64,000 nt of DNA, taken from a bacterium (GTDB lineage: Bacteria; UBA10199; 2-02-FULL-44-16; JAAZCA01). The notes beneath the pieces were generated by a model that was not told where the DNA came from, ran no database searches, and worked only from the letters and a program-made list of their open reading frames with translations. This document shows positions 39,921-51,432 of this stretch, one piece after another. The DNA is taken from contig CAXXGI010000003.1 in NCBI GenBank assembly GCA_963674695.2, positions 224,001 through 288,000 of the forward strand. Direction: 5' to 3'. The number at the start of each line of letters is the position of its first letter. The stretch's first letter is position 1. Position numbers and translations under genes: made by a program.

Positions 39921-40625
39921 ATGATCATCGCCCAACCCCGAAGCATCATTCCCGCCTGTGATGTCGATGCCGAGCGCTATGAACAGATGGTGAAGGCCAC
40001 CGCCGATGTCCCCGGCATCGGCGCCTATAAGTTGGGCTTTGTGCTCGCGCTCTCCATCGGCCTGCCGCGGGCGGTCGAGATCGCGCGCAAGTATACGGAC
40101 AAACCGCTCATCTACGATCATCAGAAGGCGGGGACCGATATCCCCGAGACGGGCGAGGCGTTTGCGAACGTTTGCCGCAATGCAGGGATCGATGCGGTGA
40201 TCTTCTTCCCGCAGGCGGGCCCCGAGACCGAGCGCGCCTGGATCGATTTCGCGCGCAACGAAAACCTCGGCGTCATCGTTGGGGGCCTCATGACGCACAA
40301 GAAATATGTGCGCAGCGAGTCCGGTTTTATCGCGGATGAGGCGATCGTCGAGATGTACGAGACGGCGGCCAACCTCGGCATCAACGACTACGTCGTCCCG
40401 GGCAACAACCCGGTCGCCATTCGAAAGATTCGCGCGATGCTCGAGCGCGAGCATGCGCATCCGGTCTTCTATTCGCCGGGGTTTGTCGCGCAGGGCGGCG
40501 CGATTTCAGAGGCAGCTCAAGCCGCGGGTGACCACTATCACGCCATCGTCGGACGCGGCATCTACAATGCGCCGGACATGCGGCTCGCCGCCGAGGAGCT
40601 GTGTGCACACCTGCTGGAGAGCTGA
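39921..40625 (+). CDS. pyrF: OMP decarboxylase (variant motif)
   Basis: IIPACD, YKLG, DHQKAGTDIP, SPGFVAQGG, IVGRGIY. Confidence 0.8.
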   Translation: MIIAQPRSIIPACDVDAERYEQMVKATADVPGIGAYKLGFVLALSIGLPRAVEIARKYTDKPLIYDHQKAGTDIPETGEAFANVCRNAGIDAVIFFPQAGPETERAWIDFARNENLGVIVGGLMTHKKYVRSESGFIADEAIVEMYETAANLGINDYVVPGNNPVAIRKIRAMLEREHAHPVFYSPGFVAQGGAISEAAQAAGDHYHAIVGRGIYNAPDMRLAAEELCAHLLES

Positions 40626-40700
40626 AGGGTGAAAGGCGAAGGGCGAAAGGTGAAGGGCGAAAGGTGAAGGGTGAAGGGCGAAGGAGCGATGGAGGGAGAC

Positions 40701-41219
40701 ATGATGAAGCCGGAGATCGACATTCTCTTCTCAAAAGATGAAATCGACGCACGCCTCGATGATCTGGCGGCCCAGATCGAGCGCGACATCCCCGACGGCG
40801 ACCTGGTTGTCGTCGGCGTGCTCAAGGGATCGTTCATCTTCATGGCCGATCTCGTCCGCCGCATCACCCGTCCGCTTGCCTGTGACTTCATTCGTGTGGC
40901 CAGCTATGAGCACGACCAGAGCACCGGGGTCGTGCGCATGGAGTTCGACCTGACCCAACCGGTGGCGGGAAAGCAGGTCTTGCTCGTCGAGGATATCGTC
41001 GATTCCGGTCGTACGCTGCGGTATCTCATCGACCACATGAAGACCAAACACGTGGCCTCCCTCAAGGTTGCGAGCCTCCTCTTCAAGGAGATGGGAACGA
41101 ATTCGCGCCCGCTGGTGGACTATATCGGCTTCGAATGTCCGGAGCGATTCGTCATCGGGTATGGTCTTGATTCCGAGGGGCTCTATCGGTCATTGCCCTA
41201 TGTCGGAGCGTACAAATAG
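40701..41219 (+). CDS. hpt: hypoxanthine phosphoribosyltransferase
   Basis: VLKGSFIFMADL, VEDIVDSGRT, FVIGYGLD, YRSLPY. Confidence 0.93.
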   Translation: MMKPEIDILFSKDEIDARLDDLAAQIERDIPDGDLVVVGVLKGSFIFMADLVRRITRPLACDFIRVASYEHDQSTGVVRMEFDLTQPVAGKQVLLVEDIVDSGRTLRYLIDHMKTKHVASLKVASLLFKEMGTNSRPLVDYIGFECPERFVIGYGLDSEGLYRSLPYVGAYK

Positions 41220-41368
41220 CAAGTCCTTTTTTTGCGAGTGTGACCGTCCCGGGGAATCTCTTCCCCGGGCTTTTTTTCCTTCTTCGTCCTCCTGAAGTGT
41301 GATATAAATTGCGTCAATGATGTAAGTCCAACACGTGCTTTCGAGAGCACCGACCAAGGAGGCAGGAC

Positions 41369-41611
41369 ATGAGAAAGACCACGAAGAGGACGACGAGAAA
41401 AGTGAGCCGCACGACGAAACGCAGCCCGGCCAAACGCAAACCGGCCAAGCGCACCACGTCCAAGAAGGGCGCTTTCGGTGGCTACAAGATCAACTTCAAT
41501 GGCTGCAACCACAGCCTGGAGAAGGTCTTCGGTGCCCGCCCGCTCGCACCTTCAGCCATGACCAAGAAGCTCTGGATCTATGTGAAGCGCTACAAACTCG
41601 CGCATCAGTAA
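41369..41611 (+). CDS. small basic protein: K/R/T-rich tail plus partial SWIB-like domain
   Basis: AAGGAGG RBS; LEKVFGARPLAPSAMTKKLWIYVKRYKL resembles the SWIB first helices. Confidence 0.75.
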   Translation: MRKTTKRTTRKVSRTTKRSPAKRKPAKRTTSKKGAFGGYKINFNGCNHSLEKVFGARPLAPSAMTKKLWIYVKRYKLAHQ

Positions 41612-41629
41612 TCGCGACAGATAGAATGT

Positions 41630-41668
41630 GAAAACGGGTCGTCCGGCACGCCGGGCGGCCCGTTTTTC
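41630..41668. terminator. bidirectional terminator-like hairpin
   Basis: AAAACGGGTCGTCCGG-CACG-CCGGGCGGCCCGTTTTT. Confidence 0.65.
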
Positions 41669-41797
41669 GTTCGATGACAATCCCCAGTTGTTCATCGTGT
41701 CATTCCCGAGTGATTGAATCGGGAATCCAGCCTTGTCATCTTGCTGAACCACAGAATATTGCGACATTTCTACCCTGTTTCCCTCAAAAAAAGAGGG

Positions 41798-41823
41798 CAA
41801 CTTTCCTTCCATTTTGCCGATAG
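41798..41823 (+). promoter_or_regulatory. sigma28-like promoter
   Basis: CAACTT-N13-CCGATAG, 42 nt before the giant ORF. Confidence 0.55.
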
Positions 41824-41865
41824 TTTATGCCAGGAGACGTGTATCCAAAAGAAGAGGTCTGGGTA

Positions 41866-44800
41866 TGGTCGATGAAATCAAAGGGGGCGGTTCGCCCAAG
41901 GCGCGTCCTTCGCTTCCGAATCAGACGGCGGATATGAATGCCGCTTCACCCGATGCGGCATCGAGTGCACCGGTCGACGCCTTCCAGGATCGGCGCGAAT
42001 CAGGCGCTGTCCTCAATGCCACGCTTCCCGCCTTCGGCGGTCACTGGGCCTTTGCCGTCGATGCCGAGGAGCCCAAAGAGGCTGGGGAGTCCACGCGCAA
42101 CGAAGCGATCATGCGCCTTTTCCCGCAGATCGATGAGCTCGCGGAGATCGATCGCCGCGGGATTCAGAGCCGTGACGATGTGGAGCACGCCATCGACCTG
42201 ATCTTCGAGATCAGAGATGCGATCCGAGAGCAGTCGGCGAAGGATTTTGAAGCGATGATGAAACGGCGCGGTGCCTGGTCGGTGGCGATCGCGGTGCTGG
42301 CCGAGCTCTTCTCGGCCTATCGCAAACACGACATCCCGTTCCATGTCGTCGAGCCGACTGATGAAGGGGGCGTGGCCTTCGTGGCGCGGACCGCTCGCGA
42401 ACAGCGCGGGCGCATGATGCTTCCGGCCACGACCTATGGGATTACGCTGTCCGAGGGGGAGAGCCTTTCCACCGCCTTTCACGAGATTACCCACGCCGTT
42501 CCCGGCAATGATGTCCTCGTGGCCCTCGATGGATGGATCGCATGGATGGGCGATGAGCGGTTGACTTCGCGGCTCGCCTTTCCGGCGTCTCCGGAGGAGG
42601 GGGACTCGTTCGGAGCGATCTTCGCCAAACTCGCCGGTCAGCGCTTTCGCGACGAGGCCTATTCGGGGATCACCGAAGCGCATCTCTCCGCCGTCCTACG
42701 GGTGGCCGGTGCCGGTGGGCAGCATCTTGCGCGCGGACATCTCGAGACATTGGAAGGAGAGGGAGGCCTCGTTCGATACCTGGGCGACGGAGGGTATCTG
42801 GGCGACAATCACCTGTTGCAATACACCACCGCCGAACTGCTCTCTCTGGCCGAGCGCGTGCAGGACGAACCGGAGCTGCTTGAAAAGGAGATCTCCAAGA
42901 CGATGCCGCCGCGACTTGCGCGCCACGACCGGGATTTCGATCCGCGCATGTGGCAAAAACGTTTCGGTGTCGTCATGGGCGAGTTCTTCGATTTCCTGAA
43001 GCAGCTCGATGCGGATGAGCGATCTAGCCATCCGCTCAAACCGTTTGCGACGCGCGTGATGCCGTTCATGGGACTCGCTGCCGCCATCAACCCGCGCGAA
43101 CTGGTGCGGGAAAAGATCGACCCGACGCACCCCTTCGCGGGGTTGGCCAAACAGATCCTTCCCCATCTGCCGACGCGTCTTCCGATCAATGCTCGCGGCG
43201 AGATTCAAGATGTGGCGCCGCTCGAAGTGGGCGATCGGCCTTTCGTCCGCCCGGGCGCGGACGGCGATCTTCTCACCCGCAATCCGGAGGCCGCGCGCGA
43301 GGCGTATGCTGTTCTCGATCACTTCGCCGAGTCGACGCTCCCGGTCCTTCCGCATGCGATCAGCCAGAAAGAGACCGAGGTGCTCGGGGCGGCGGCACTG
43401 CTCCTGCCGGATGAGGATGTGGTTCCGTTCTGGGGTCGCGTGCTCGCGCAGGAGGCGATCGAGCGCACGCGGGCGCAGGTCTCCGACAACGCCGATATGA
43501 ATTCCTGGTTCGGTCCGATCCTGCTGTCGCTCGTGGCGCAGGGCTATCTGGATGAGGCGCGAGCGGTCCTGCCCAACGCGCGGGCCGACACGTTTGCAGC
43601 TGAACAGTGGGGACGAACGCTCTTTACAGGTTTGCACACGCTCTCCCGCCACGGCGATGCGCGCGCGATCGATTTCTGGATCGATATCATCCGTTCAGAG
43701 ACTGACGAACGATGGATGCATCGAGCGAAAGCGGATCTCCTTCAGATTGTCCGATCGAACGGCCTGCTCGAGCCGGAGGGGTTGAGAATACTGAAGGCAC
43801 ATCTCGACGACTCCGAGACCATGCCGCGCACCGCACGCGATGGCTCTGACCTCGTCTTCGACCTGGTCGAAGAGGGACTCTATCTGCCGGAGTACTATCC
43901 GGCGAAGCTGGAGGAACTCGACGGCGAGGTGGAGGATAGCTACGACTTTGCCCATGCCTGGGAAGGGTCGTTCACCCTGTCGGGGGCACTGGAGTCGGGG
44001 CGAAAGGAATTGCCGGGCTCTGAACAACTCACGCTCATGGCGCGCTCAATGCAAGCACTTCGCGATCGAGGGTTTGCCGAGGCGGCCGAACGCGTCGAGG
44101 AGATCGGTCGTCGTATGCTCTCGGATTTTGTGCACGAGCGCATCGGTTCCATTCGCGAACGCATCGAACACGAGTATGAGAAACGCAACAAGCCGATGCG
44201 GCGCAGCGATTCCTTTCTGACCCACATGGAGAAACTCGACGTCAGCGAAACGCAAGTCCTGGGATACGGCAGCGCATTGGCAGCGGACCTGGCGGCGATC
44301 GTTGAGCTGCCGGAGGCGATGGACGGCGGGTGGACCGCCGCCCTCGATCTCCTCGAGAAGATCCCAGACGGTGCGGTCAAGGTCGCGGCGATGGAGCGGT
44401 GGGCCTCGGAATCGCATCATGTCAGCGCCCCCACCGATGCACAGCGCCTGCGCCTGATCGGGATCTGGCGGCAGACGCTCGAGGTGATTTCAGAGCGGAT
44501 CATTCCGCGGCGTCTGATCCAGCCGGCCCCGGAAGGGGTCGCCATGGATACGGGCCTTGAATCCTGGATCAACGGCATGTCTGCCGGTCGTTCTCCCCTG
44601 GGGGGTGCGCGAAGCTATGGCGCGCGCATTGCCTTTGTGCAGCGCCAGTTCGGCGCGATGCTCGCCTTTCTCCCCGCGCGAGGGTCGAATGAAGTGCAAC
44701 GCGTGCGCCGCGAGATCGTTGCGCAGTTGGAGGGCGAGACGGTTCGGAGTTCGTTTCTTGCGCCGCGCATCCTGCCGCCAAAATATGACTCCGGGCGCGA

Positions 44801-47800
44801 TGTCGAGGATATCGTCCTCGCGCGACAGGGCGATGCGGAAGAAGTTGTGACCACACGACGCGTGCGGACCAAACAGGTCTATGAACTCTATCACGATCCG
44901 AACCGCATTCCGGTGCGCATTATGATCGAGGAGATCGAGCGCGAGCCGACAATAGAGGGGATCGATCGCGTTCGCGAGCGGATCGATGCGGTGCTGGATC
45001 GATTGGCGCCGGAGCTCGCCGTGCCCTATGTCGAATATCTGCTGCGCCTGTCGGTTGCGGCCCGCGCAAGTGATGCCGAACGCTCGGCATCGCTCTATGA
45101 ACGGGCGCACGAGTTGGGCGAGGCCTTGCGCGAGATCCCCGAAGCCCGATGGTCGAAGCGCTATGCCTACAGCTATCTGGAAGAGCATCAGCGCGACTAC
45201 GACCAGGAGGTGCGCGCGCGCATTCATCAGGCGGCCTGGGAGCGCGGGGCGCTCATGAGCCTGGCGCGCCTGGCCGTTTCAGGGAACGTGCAGGAGAGCG
45301 CGCACTATCAGGAGGAGATCGGCCGGATCGTTCAGAACGAGTCGATCTTCGACGTCATGGAGAGCGCAGACTATACGCAGGCCGCGCGCGTCCTGGACGA
45401 GGGGGGGCTGGCCGGTCCGCTCGTCTTCGACCTCTTCGACCAGGCCATCCAGACCCGCGCGCGCGAACAGTTCGAGGCGGCCTATGCGGTCGATCACGAC
45501 CTGGCCACGATCATCGATGCCTCACACCTGGATACCGCTTCACGCGACCAGCTCCTTGAACGCTTGATCGACATGACCTTCGTGCGCGCCTTTCGTTCCT
45601 CCCTGCAGGGGATCGTGGCGTCGCAGAAGCGCGACGAATACCTGGAGCAGGCCGAGCGCCTCTTCGCCCCGATGGATGCCCTGCTCGATCTTGCCCAACA
45701 GCGCGGCTATCCGGGAATGGAGCGCGCGCTCTGGAGGGGATTGCGCCGCGTGACCGAAGGGCTGCTCGACCGCCTGCCGACAGCCCTGCACGCCTTTGCA
45801 CTGGCGCGTCCCGCGCGCTTTGTGCTGGGTCGGCACCCGGAGCTGGTGCACCCGGCCAGTCGCGGTGCGGTGGCCGAGATGGAGCATCTCTTCGATGCGA
45901 CGTTTTCCGACAGCGAACAGCGTGTCTATGAGAACCTCCCCAGCGCCTGGGAGATGCGCGAGGCCTTCTCGTCGTACGAGACGTCGGATGGTGACGAAGA
46001 AGCGCTGTTGCAGCGCATCGTTCACCATCTGGATCCGGATCCGGCTAACGTCGATCCGATGCTCATCGATCTCCTGCAGGTTGCCTTCATCTCCCATGCC
46101 CACCTCATCGATGCGGATGACCCGTTTGAAACGTTTTCCAATCTCGAGGGGCATTCGGTGATAACACCCCTTCTCGAACACTACGGATATGCAGACTCGG
46201 ATCTGAAGCGCTTTGTGCGCGAGCAGCCGGAGATATTCAGCCGTCTGCTGCTCCAGAAACACACGCGCCACAGCGCCCAGCTCTATTTCGGCGCCATGCG
46301 CGATCTGTTGGCGATGCGCGGTGTTCCCCTCGAGGTGCGCGCCGATGCCTTCCGGGTGATCGTGCGTTCGGGTTTTGTCTCGACCTATGTCCAGCAGCAG
46401 TTTGCGCGGGCGCAGCGCTCCAAACAAAAGCTCGCCAGCTTCCTGTATCGCGTCCGGTCGATCTGGAGCGACAAGCCCACCAAGGAGGATCCCTTCCGGC
46501 GGCAGCCGCTTCCGGATTTCGTCATCGCGCCGCAGTTCGATGCGATGCTCGCGCCCGAACGCCCGTTGGCCGACGAGGCCAAGAAGAGCGGCATGGTCGT
46601 CGACGAGGAGTTCTCCGAGCTCCTCATCCGTGATCCCAGTCCGTATCAGGTCCTGGCCACCATCTGGAATGAGCCGGGCGAGATCCCGATACGGCGTTTC
46701 GCGTCCGATCCGGACCCGCGCTATTTCTATCAACGCATCGAAGATGGCGCGATGATGGTCTATGGGATGGTCGAGTCCGGGGTCATCGCGGATGAGGGAG
46801 AAGAAGAGGACGACTTTGATCTGTTTGACCCGGAACGGATGCAGCGCGAGACACAGCTCGAAGCGTGGCAGGAGCAGGAGCGTCTGACGAGGATCGATGA
46901 TGAGGAGCTGGAGGAGGTCGAGCGTGCAGTCGATGCGGAGAATGCGATTCAGGAGATGACGGAACAGGAACGTGCGGTTCGGCTGCGCGTCAGTTCCGAA
47001 GTGGGCCATATCTTCCGGCGCAATTCGCTCCTGGTGCGCACGGGGTCGATCACAATGCCCGACGCCTTCGATCGGGTCGATCCGCGACTGCGCCTGGCCC
47101 TGGGCGGCTATATGACATTAGTTCCCGCCTCAACCCGCATGCTGCTCCTCGGCGCGCTCTCGCAGACGCAGGAGCGCATGGGCGAGCGCGAGGTGCTCCA
47201 TCGCTTCTTCGAGATGACGGGGCTGGAGAAACTCGCACAGTTCTTGAGCGTGCAGAAGGACGTCGTGCCCGAGCGCTATCGCAAGACCCTGGCGCGCTTT
47301 CAGCAGGACCTCAAACCCAGCACGCAGCAGGAGATATTGGATACGCTGCGCATCAGCGGAATTGATCTGGAGACGAATTTTGCGTCCGAATCGACGCTTC
47401 AGTTCGAGCATGCGGGAACTGTGGGCGAGCTCTGGCAGGGCGTGCATCGCGACGGCCGCAAGGTTGCCGTGAAGATTCTGCCCTGGAAGAAGCGGCGCCG
47501 CAACGAGGAGTCGTTGCGTGCGCTGAAGCGACTCGCCGGTGAGCTGCACCTGTTCCGGCACGACCACTTCGGCGGCGTGGACTTCAACGATCTCTACGCG
47601 CGCTATCGCGATTCGCTGCTCGCCGAGATGGACTATCGCGGCGAGATGGAGAACCTCCATACGTTGCGCCCGGGGCTTATGCGCCACGGCATCGCCTTTC
47701 CGAACGTGCATGAGGACCTGCTGCGCCGCGACGCGATGGTGATGGATTATGAGGACGCCATCGATGTCGAGGCGATTCCCGATGTGGCCGATCGCGAGCG

Positions 47801-48587
47801 CCTCGTCCAGACGACCGCACGATGGTTGGCGCGTTCGATCTTTGAAGACGGTGTCTTCTACGAAGACTTCCATCCCGGCAACGTCAAGTGGCGTCCGGGA
47901 AAGGCAGGCGAGCCCGGCCGTCCGCTCGTGCTCGACTATGGACGCATCGGCCGACTGGAAGCGGGGGAGCGTGACGCGCTCGTGGATCTCATCGCCGCCT
48001 TCGGGCAGAACGATCGCCCTGCGGTCCTGCGATCGCTCGTACGGATGAGCACGGCGGATCAGAAACCGTCGCAGGTCAACGCCCTCTCCGACGAGATCGA
48101 TCGGATCTTCGATGAAGCCGAGGGGGGTGCCTCCTCGAAGATGGTCCAACAGTTCTTCGGCGCGGCCGCCAAACATGGTCTTCCGCTGCGTCCGAACTAT
48201 CTGCAGTTTCTGAAGGCCGTCGTCTCCTGGGAGGGGATGATGGACCGCGTGGACGGGACGGCCTCGACGCATCTGCAGTGGAATATCCTGGAAATCCTCG
48301 TGGAGAAGGCGAGCGGTTCCTCGAATGGCGGAGCGGCGCCGGCCAGCGACAGCGGCCCAGTTGCGCCTTCAGAGAATCCGCCGCCGACGGACACAGGACC
48401 GCAGACGGCACCGCTGGTGGTTGAGAATGACACGTCGATGCTCGGCGCCGACCTCATGCCCATCGATCCCCTCATGGCCCAACCGGGCATGGAGATGATG
48501 AACCTCGGCGCAGATGTCTTCATGGATCCAATGATGGCGATGCCGACGATGGCCATGGGCAGCGCCGCCATGGGCGCGGTGTTGTGA
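41866..48587 (+). CDS. giant protein (~2240 aa) with N-terminal HEXXH, long helical body and C-terminal ABC1/UbiB-family kinase
   Basis: FHEITH; KLAQFLS..D..P, VAVKI, DYRGEMEN, YEDFHPGN, LDYGRIG; Met/Pro-rich tail; AAGAGG RBS before ATG 41866. Confidence 0.85.
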
Positions 48588-48601
48588 GAAGATTTGAACG
48601 C

Positions 48602-48680
48602 GCCCCTCCTTTGTAAGGAGGGGAAGGGGGAGGTAGACCCAGGATCTACCCCCTCTGACTCCCCCTTACAAAGGGGGAGA
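48602..48680. repeat. CCCCTCC/GGGGAG palindromic element between convergent genes
   Basis: CCCCTCCTTTGTAAGGAGGGG ... CTCCCCCTTACAAAGGGGGAG inverted doublet. Confidence 0.65.
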
Positions 48681-48684
48681 AAAG

Positions 48685-49362
48685 TCACTCTTCCCTGACC
48701 AACAACCGATTGACCAGATTCATCAAGTCGATCGTGGCGTCGATCGATTGGATCGGCGCTTCGCCGTCTTTCACCAGGGCATCCTCGTCGCCCGGGTTGG
48801 TGAACTTCACACCGTAGGTGTGATGGTCGCCTTCCGGGAGTTCGTAGACCACCTGTCCCATCTTGGCCAGCTCGTGCACCTCTTCGTCCAGTTCGATCTC
48901 GAAGGTGAAGACCAGCGGATGATCGGCGGTGATCTCTTCAGCCGATTCGATGCGCAAGCCTCCGGCACTCAGGTTGATCATGCGCCCGGAGGTGACCCTC
49001 CCGCTGCCGTCCTCGCAGATGGCGACATCGATCGGAGGGGTGAAGCTGTAGCGCGGGTACTGCCGGCGATTGACCTTGCGCACAGACATCGGGTCGATGC
49101 GCACGCGGACGGTGTTCGGCATCTGATCGGGCTTCTCCTCCATATTGACCATACCCTCGATCTCGTAGATGCCGTCGCCCCGAAGCGTGGGGATATAGCC
49201 GAGGATCGTCTTGCGCATCGGCGCGTTCTTCGGGCGGTCGATGACGATCTCTTCAGGCCCGATCTCCCAGAGCTTGAGCCGCATCGCTTCCTCTCCGGTC
49301 AGCAGAAAGAAGAAGGCGTGTGCGTCGGTAAAAATTTCTTCGAGTGTCGGTTTTGCGGTCAT
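48685..49362 (-). CDS. PilZ-domain protein
   Basis: NRRQYPR (RxxxR) and NLSAGG (D/NxSxxG), YGVKF. Confidence 0.88.
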   Translation of the reverse strand: MTAKPTLEEIFTDAHAFFFLLTGEEAMRLKLWEIGPEEIVIDRPKNAPMRKTILGYIPTLRGDGIYEIEGMVNMEEKPDQMPNTVRVRIDPMSVRKVNRRQYPRYSFTPPIDVAICEDGSGRVTSGRMINLSAGGLRIESAEEITADHPLVFTFEIELDEEVHELAKMGQVVYELPEGDHHTYGVKFTNPGDEDALVKDGEAPIQSIDATIDLMNLVNRLLVREE

Positions 49363-49415
49363 AACTCCTCCGGAAAAATGAAAAGTAAGAAATGAGAAAT
49401 GAAAAACACAAATAA

Positions 49416-49568
49416 GTGCACTTCTAAAAACCCAGTTTTGACTGTCATCCCCGAGTGGTGTAATCGGGGATCCAGTCCCGGAAAGTCGTACACAAAGGCA
49501 CTTGGCTGGATTCCCGCTTTAAGCATGCGGGAATGACATGCGTAAAAAACACGTTTTTAGAAGTGCCC
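49416..49568. mobile_element. MITE-like element enclosing a REP doublet
   Basis: GTGCACTTCTAAAAAC ... GTTTTTAGAAGTGCCC TIRs related to the 14296 element; internal TGTCATCCCCGA..GCGGGAATGACA. Confidence 0.65.
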
Positions 49569-49635
49569 ATATTCTATTTCCCCACGCTGTGTTTATATTT
49601 GTCTATTTTTGATCTGTGTTTTTCATTTCCTGTTT

Positions 49636-51099
49636 TTAATTTTTCATTTCGAAGAACGGCTTCCACTTTTCCTCCGGCGGTTTCTTGCCCAACAACGATA
49701 CCACAATGAGCAGGAGGGCGGCCAGCCCAAAGGCGGGGATGATGATGTATTCGGCCAGCTCCTCGTGCGGGATGCCGAAGCGGAGGTTGAAGAAGGCCTG
49801 CACCGAAGTCAGGCCGAAGACGATGTTCGTGCCGATCGTGCCGACGATGCCGCCCAGGATCGATGCCAGCCCCCCGGCGGTGGTGACGCGTTTCCAGAAG
49901 AAGGCGGCCAGGATCGCCGGGGTGAGCCCCGCGCCGATCATCGTGTAGGCGGCCAGCGCCATGGAGAGCACGTTGCGAAAGCGCGTGAGCAGGATGTAGG
50001 CCAGAAGCCCCAGGCAGACGATGGAGAGTCGGTTGACGATGACGATCGCGCGCTGCGAGAGCGTCTTGCCGAAGAAGCGCTGGATGATGTCGTGCGTGAT
50101 ATTGGTGGCCGGTGCGAGCAGGAAGGAGTTGGCCGTCGAGAAGACGATGGCCATGCCGGCGGTCAAGAGGATGAGCCCCGCCCAGGTGGGAAGCCCATGG
50201 CGCGCGATGTCGAGGATGACGCGTTCAGCGTGTCCTTCGGCACCGAGCTGTGGAAACTTCACGCGCCCGAGGATGGCCAGCGTGACGATCAAAAAATCGA
50301 CCACGACGATGCCGATGATCCAGCCGATCACCGAGCGGCGCGCGGTCTTCTCATCCTTGGCCGAGAAGAACTTCTGGTACATCGAGGGTTCGCCCAGGAG
50401 CAGGAAGAAGACCGGAAAGAAGACGGCGATCGCCCAGATGAAATTGCGCCCGCCGAAGACAGAGAAATATCCGTCGGGGAGGGCAGCGACCACGGCCGTC
50501 GGTCCACCCAGGTCCATCAACAGGATCGGCACGGCGATCACGATGCCGACGAGGATGAGGATCCCGTTGAGCAGATCGAGCGAGACGATCGACTTCATGC
50601 CGGCAAGTGCGGTGACGAGCACCACCATGGCGGCCATGAGGATCACGCCGGTATCGCTGGGAATGCCGGCGGTCAGCTCCAGGACGTAGGCGCCGCCTTT
50701 GAACTGATAGCCGACGATCGTCGTGCATCCGATGATCAGCGCGATCGATCCGAACAGGCGCGCGGCGCTGTTGTAGCGTTTCTCCAGGATATCGGGCAGC
50801 GTGTATTCCCCGATGTGCCGCACGCGGCCAGCGAGCTTATAGATGAGGAGAATAGCGGCCCAGGCGCCGACGGCCATCCAGAGCTCCGAGTACCCCTGCC
50901 GATAGGCCAAAGAGGCCCCACCGATGAGGCTCCCCGCGCCCGTCCAGGTGGCCACGAGCGTGGTTATCATCATGAAGGTGGAGACGCTGCGTCCGCCCAC
51001 CATGAAGTCCTTCTGGTCGCGCACGCGCAGCGAGCGATAGATGCCAATGCCGGCGATGACGACGAGATACAGGATGATGATGCCGAGATAGATGTTCAT
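49636..51099 (-). CDS. sodium:solute symporter family protein
   Basis: DFMVGGRS, ATWTGAG, YTLPDILEKRY, YQKFFSAKD, STANS; ~13 TM. Confidence 0.92.
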   Translation of the reverse strand: MNIYLGIIILYLVVIAGIGIYRSLRVRDQKDFMVGGRSVSTFMMITTLVATWTGAGSLIGGASLAYRQGYSELWMAVGAWAAILLIYKLAGRVRHIGEYTLPDILEKRYNSAARLFGSIALIIGCTTIVGYQFKGGAYVLELTAGIPSDTGVILMAAMVVLVTALAGMKSIVSLDLLNGILILVGIVIAVPILLMDLGGPTAVVAALPDGYFSVFGGRNFIWAIAVFFPVFFLLLGEPSMYQKFFSAKDEKTARRSVIGWIIGIVVVDFLIVTLAILGRVKFPQLGAEGHAERVILDIARHGLPTWAGLILLTAGMAIVFSTANSFLLAPATNITHDIIQRFFGKTLSQRAIVIVNRLSIVCLGLLAYILLTRFRNVLSMALAAYTMIGAGLTPAILAAFFWKRVTTAGGLASILGGIVGTIGTNIVFGLTSVQAFFNLRFGIPHEELAEYIIIPAFGLAALLLIVVSLLGKKPPEEKWKPFFEMKN

Positions 51100-51142
51100 G
51101 AAACGCTCCTTGCGATAGTGTCATCCCTGAATTCTTTGCTGC

Positions 51143-51393
51143 CATCCCCGCGAAGGCGGGGATCTCGATGTGCCGTGAGAGTCGAGGGATCTCCTGTTTT
51201 TGTCATCCCCGCGCAGGCGGGGATCTCGATGTGCCGTGAGAGTCGAGGGATCTCCTGTTTTTGTCATCCCCGCGCAGGCGGGGATCTCGATGTGCCGTGA
51301 GAGTCGAGGGATCTCCTGTTTTTGTCATCCCCGCGAAGGCGGGGATCTCGGTGTGCCGTGAGAGTCGAGATTCCCGCCTTCGCGGGAATGACA
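51143..51393. repeat. 61-bp tandem repeat of a REP-containing unit (3 full copies plus a closing copy)
   Basis: CATCCCCGCG(A/C)AGGCGGGGATCTC units start at 51143, 51204, 51265 and 51326; intervening sequence near-identical. Confidence 0.9.
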
Positions 51394-51432
51394 GCTTTTA
51401 AGAAATGATCGCGGTCTCTCTATGCGATCTGC

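Noticed and set aside
51143-51393. Possible CRISPR array
   Set aside because: The would-be spacers are near-identical, the repeat is the dispersed REP, and no cas genes are present.
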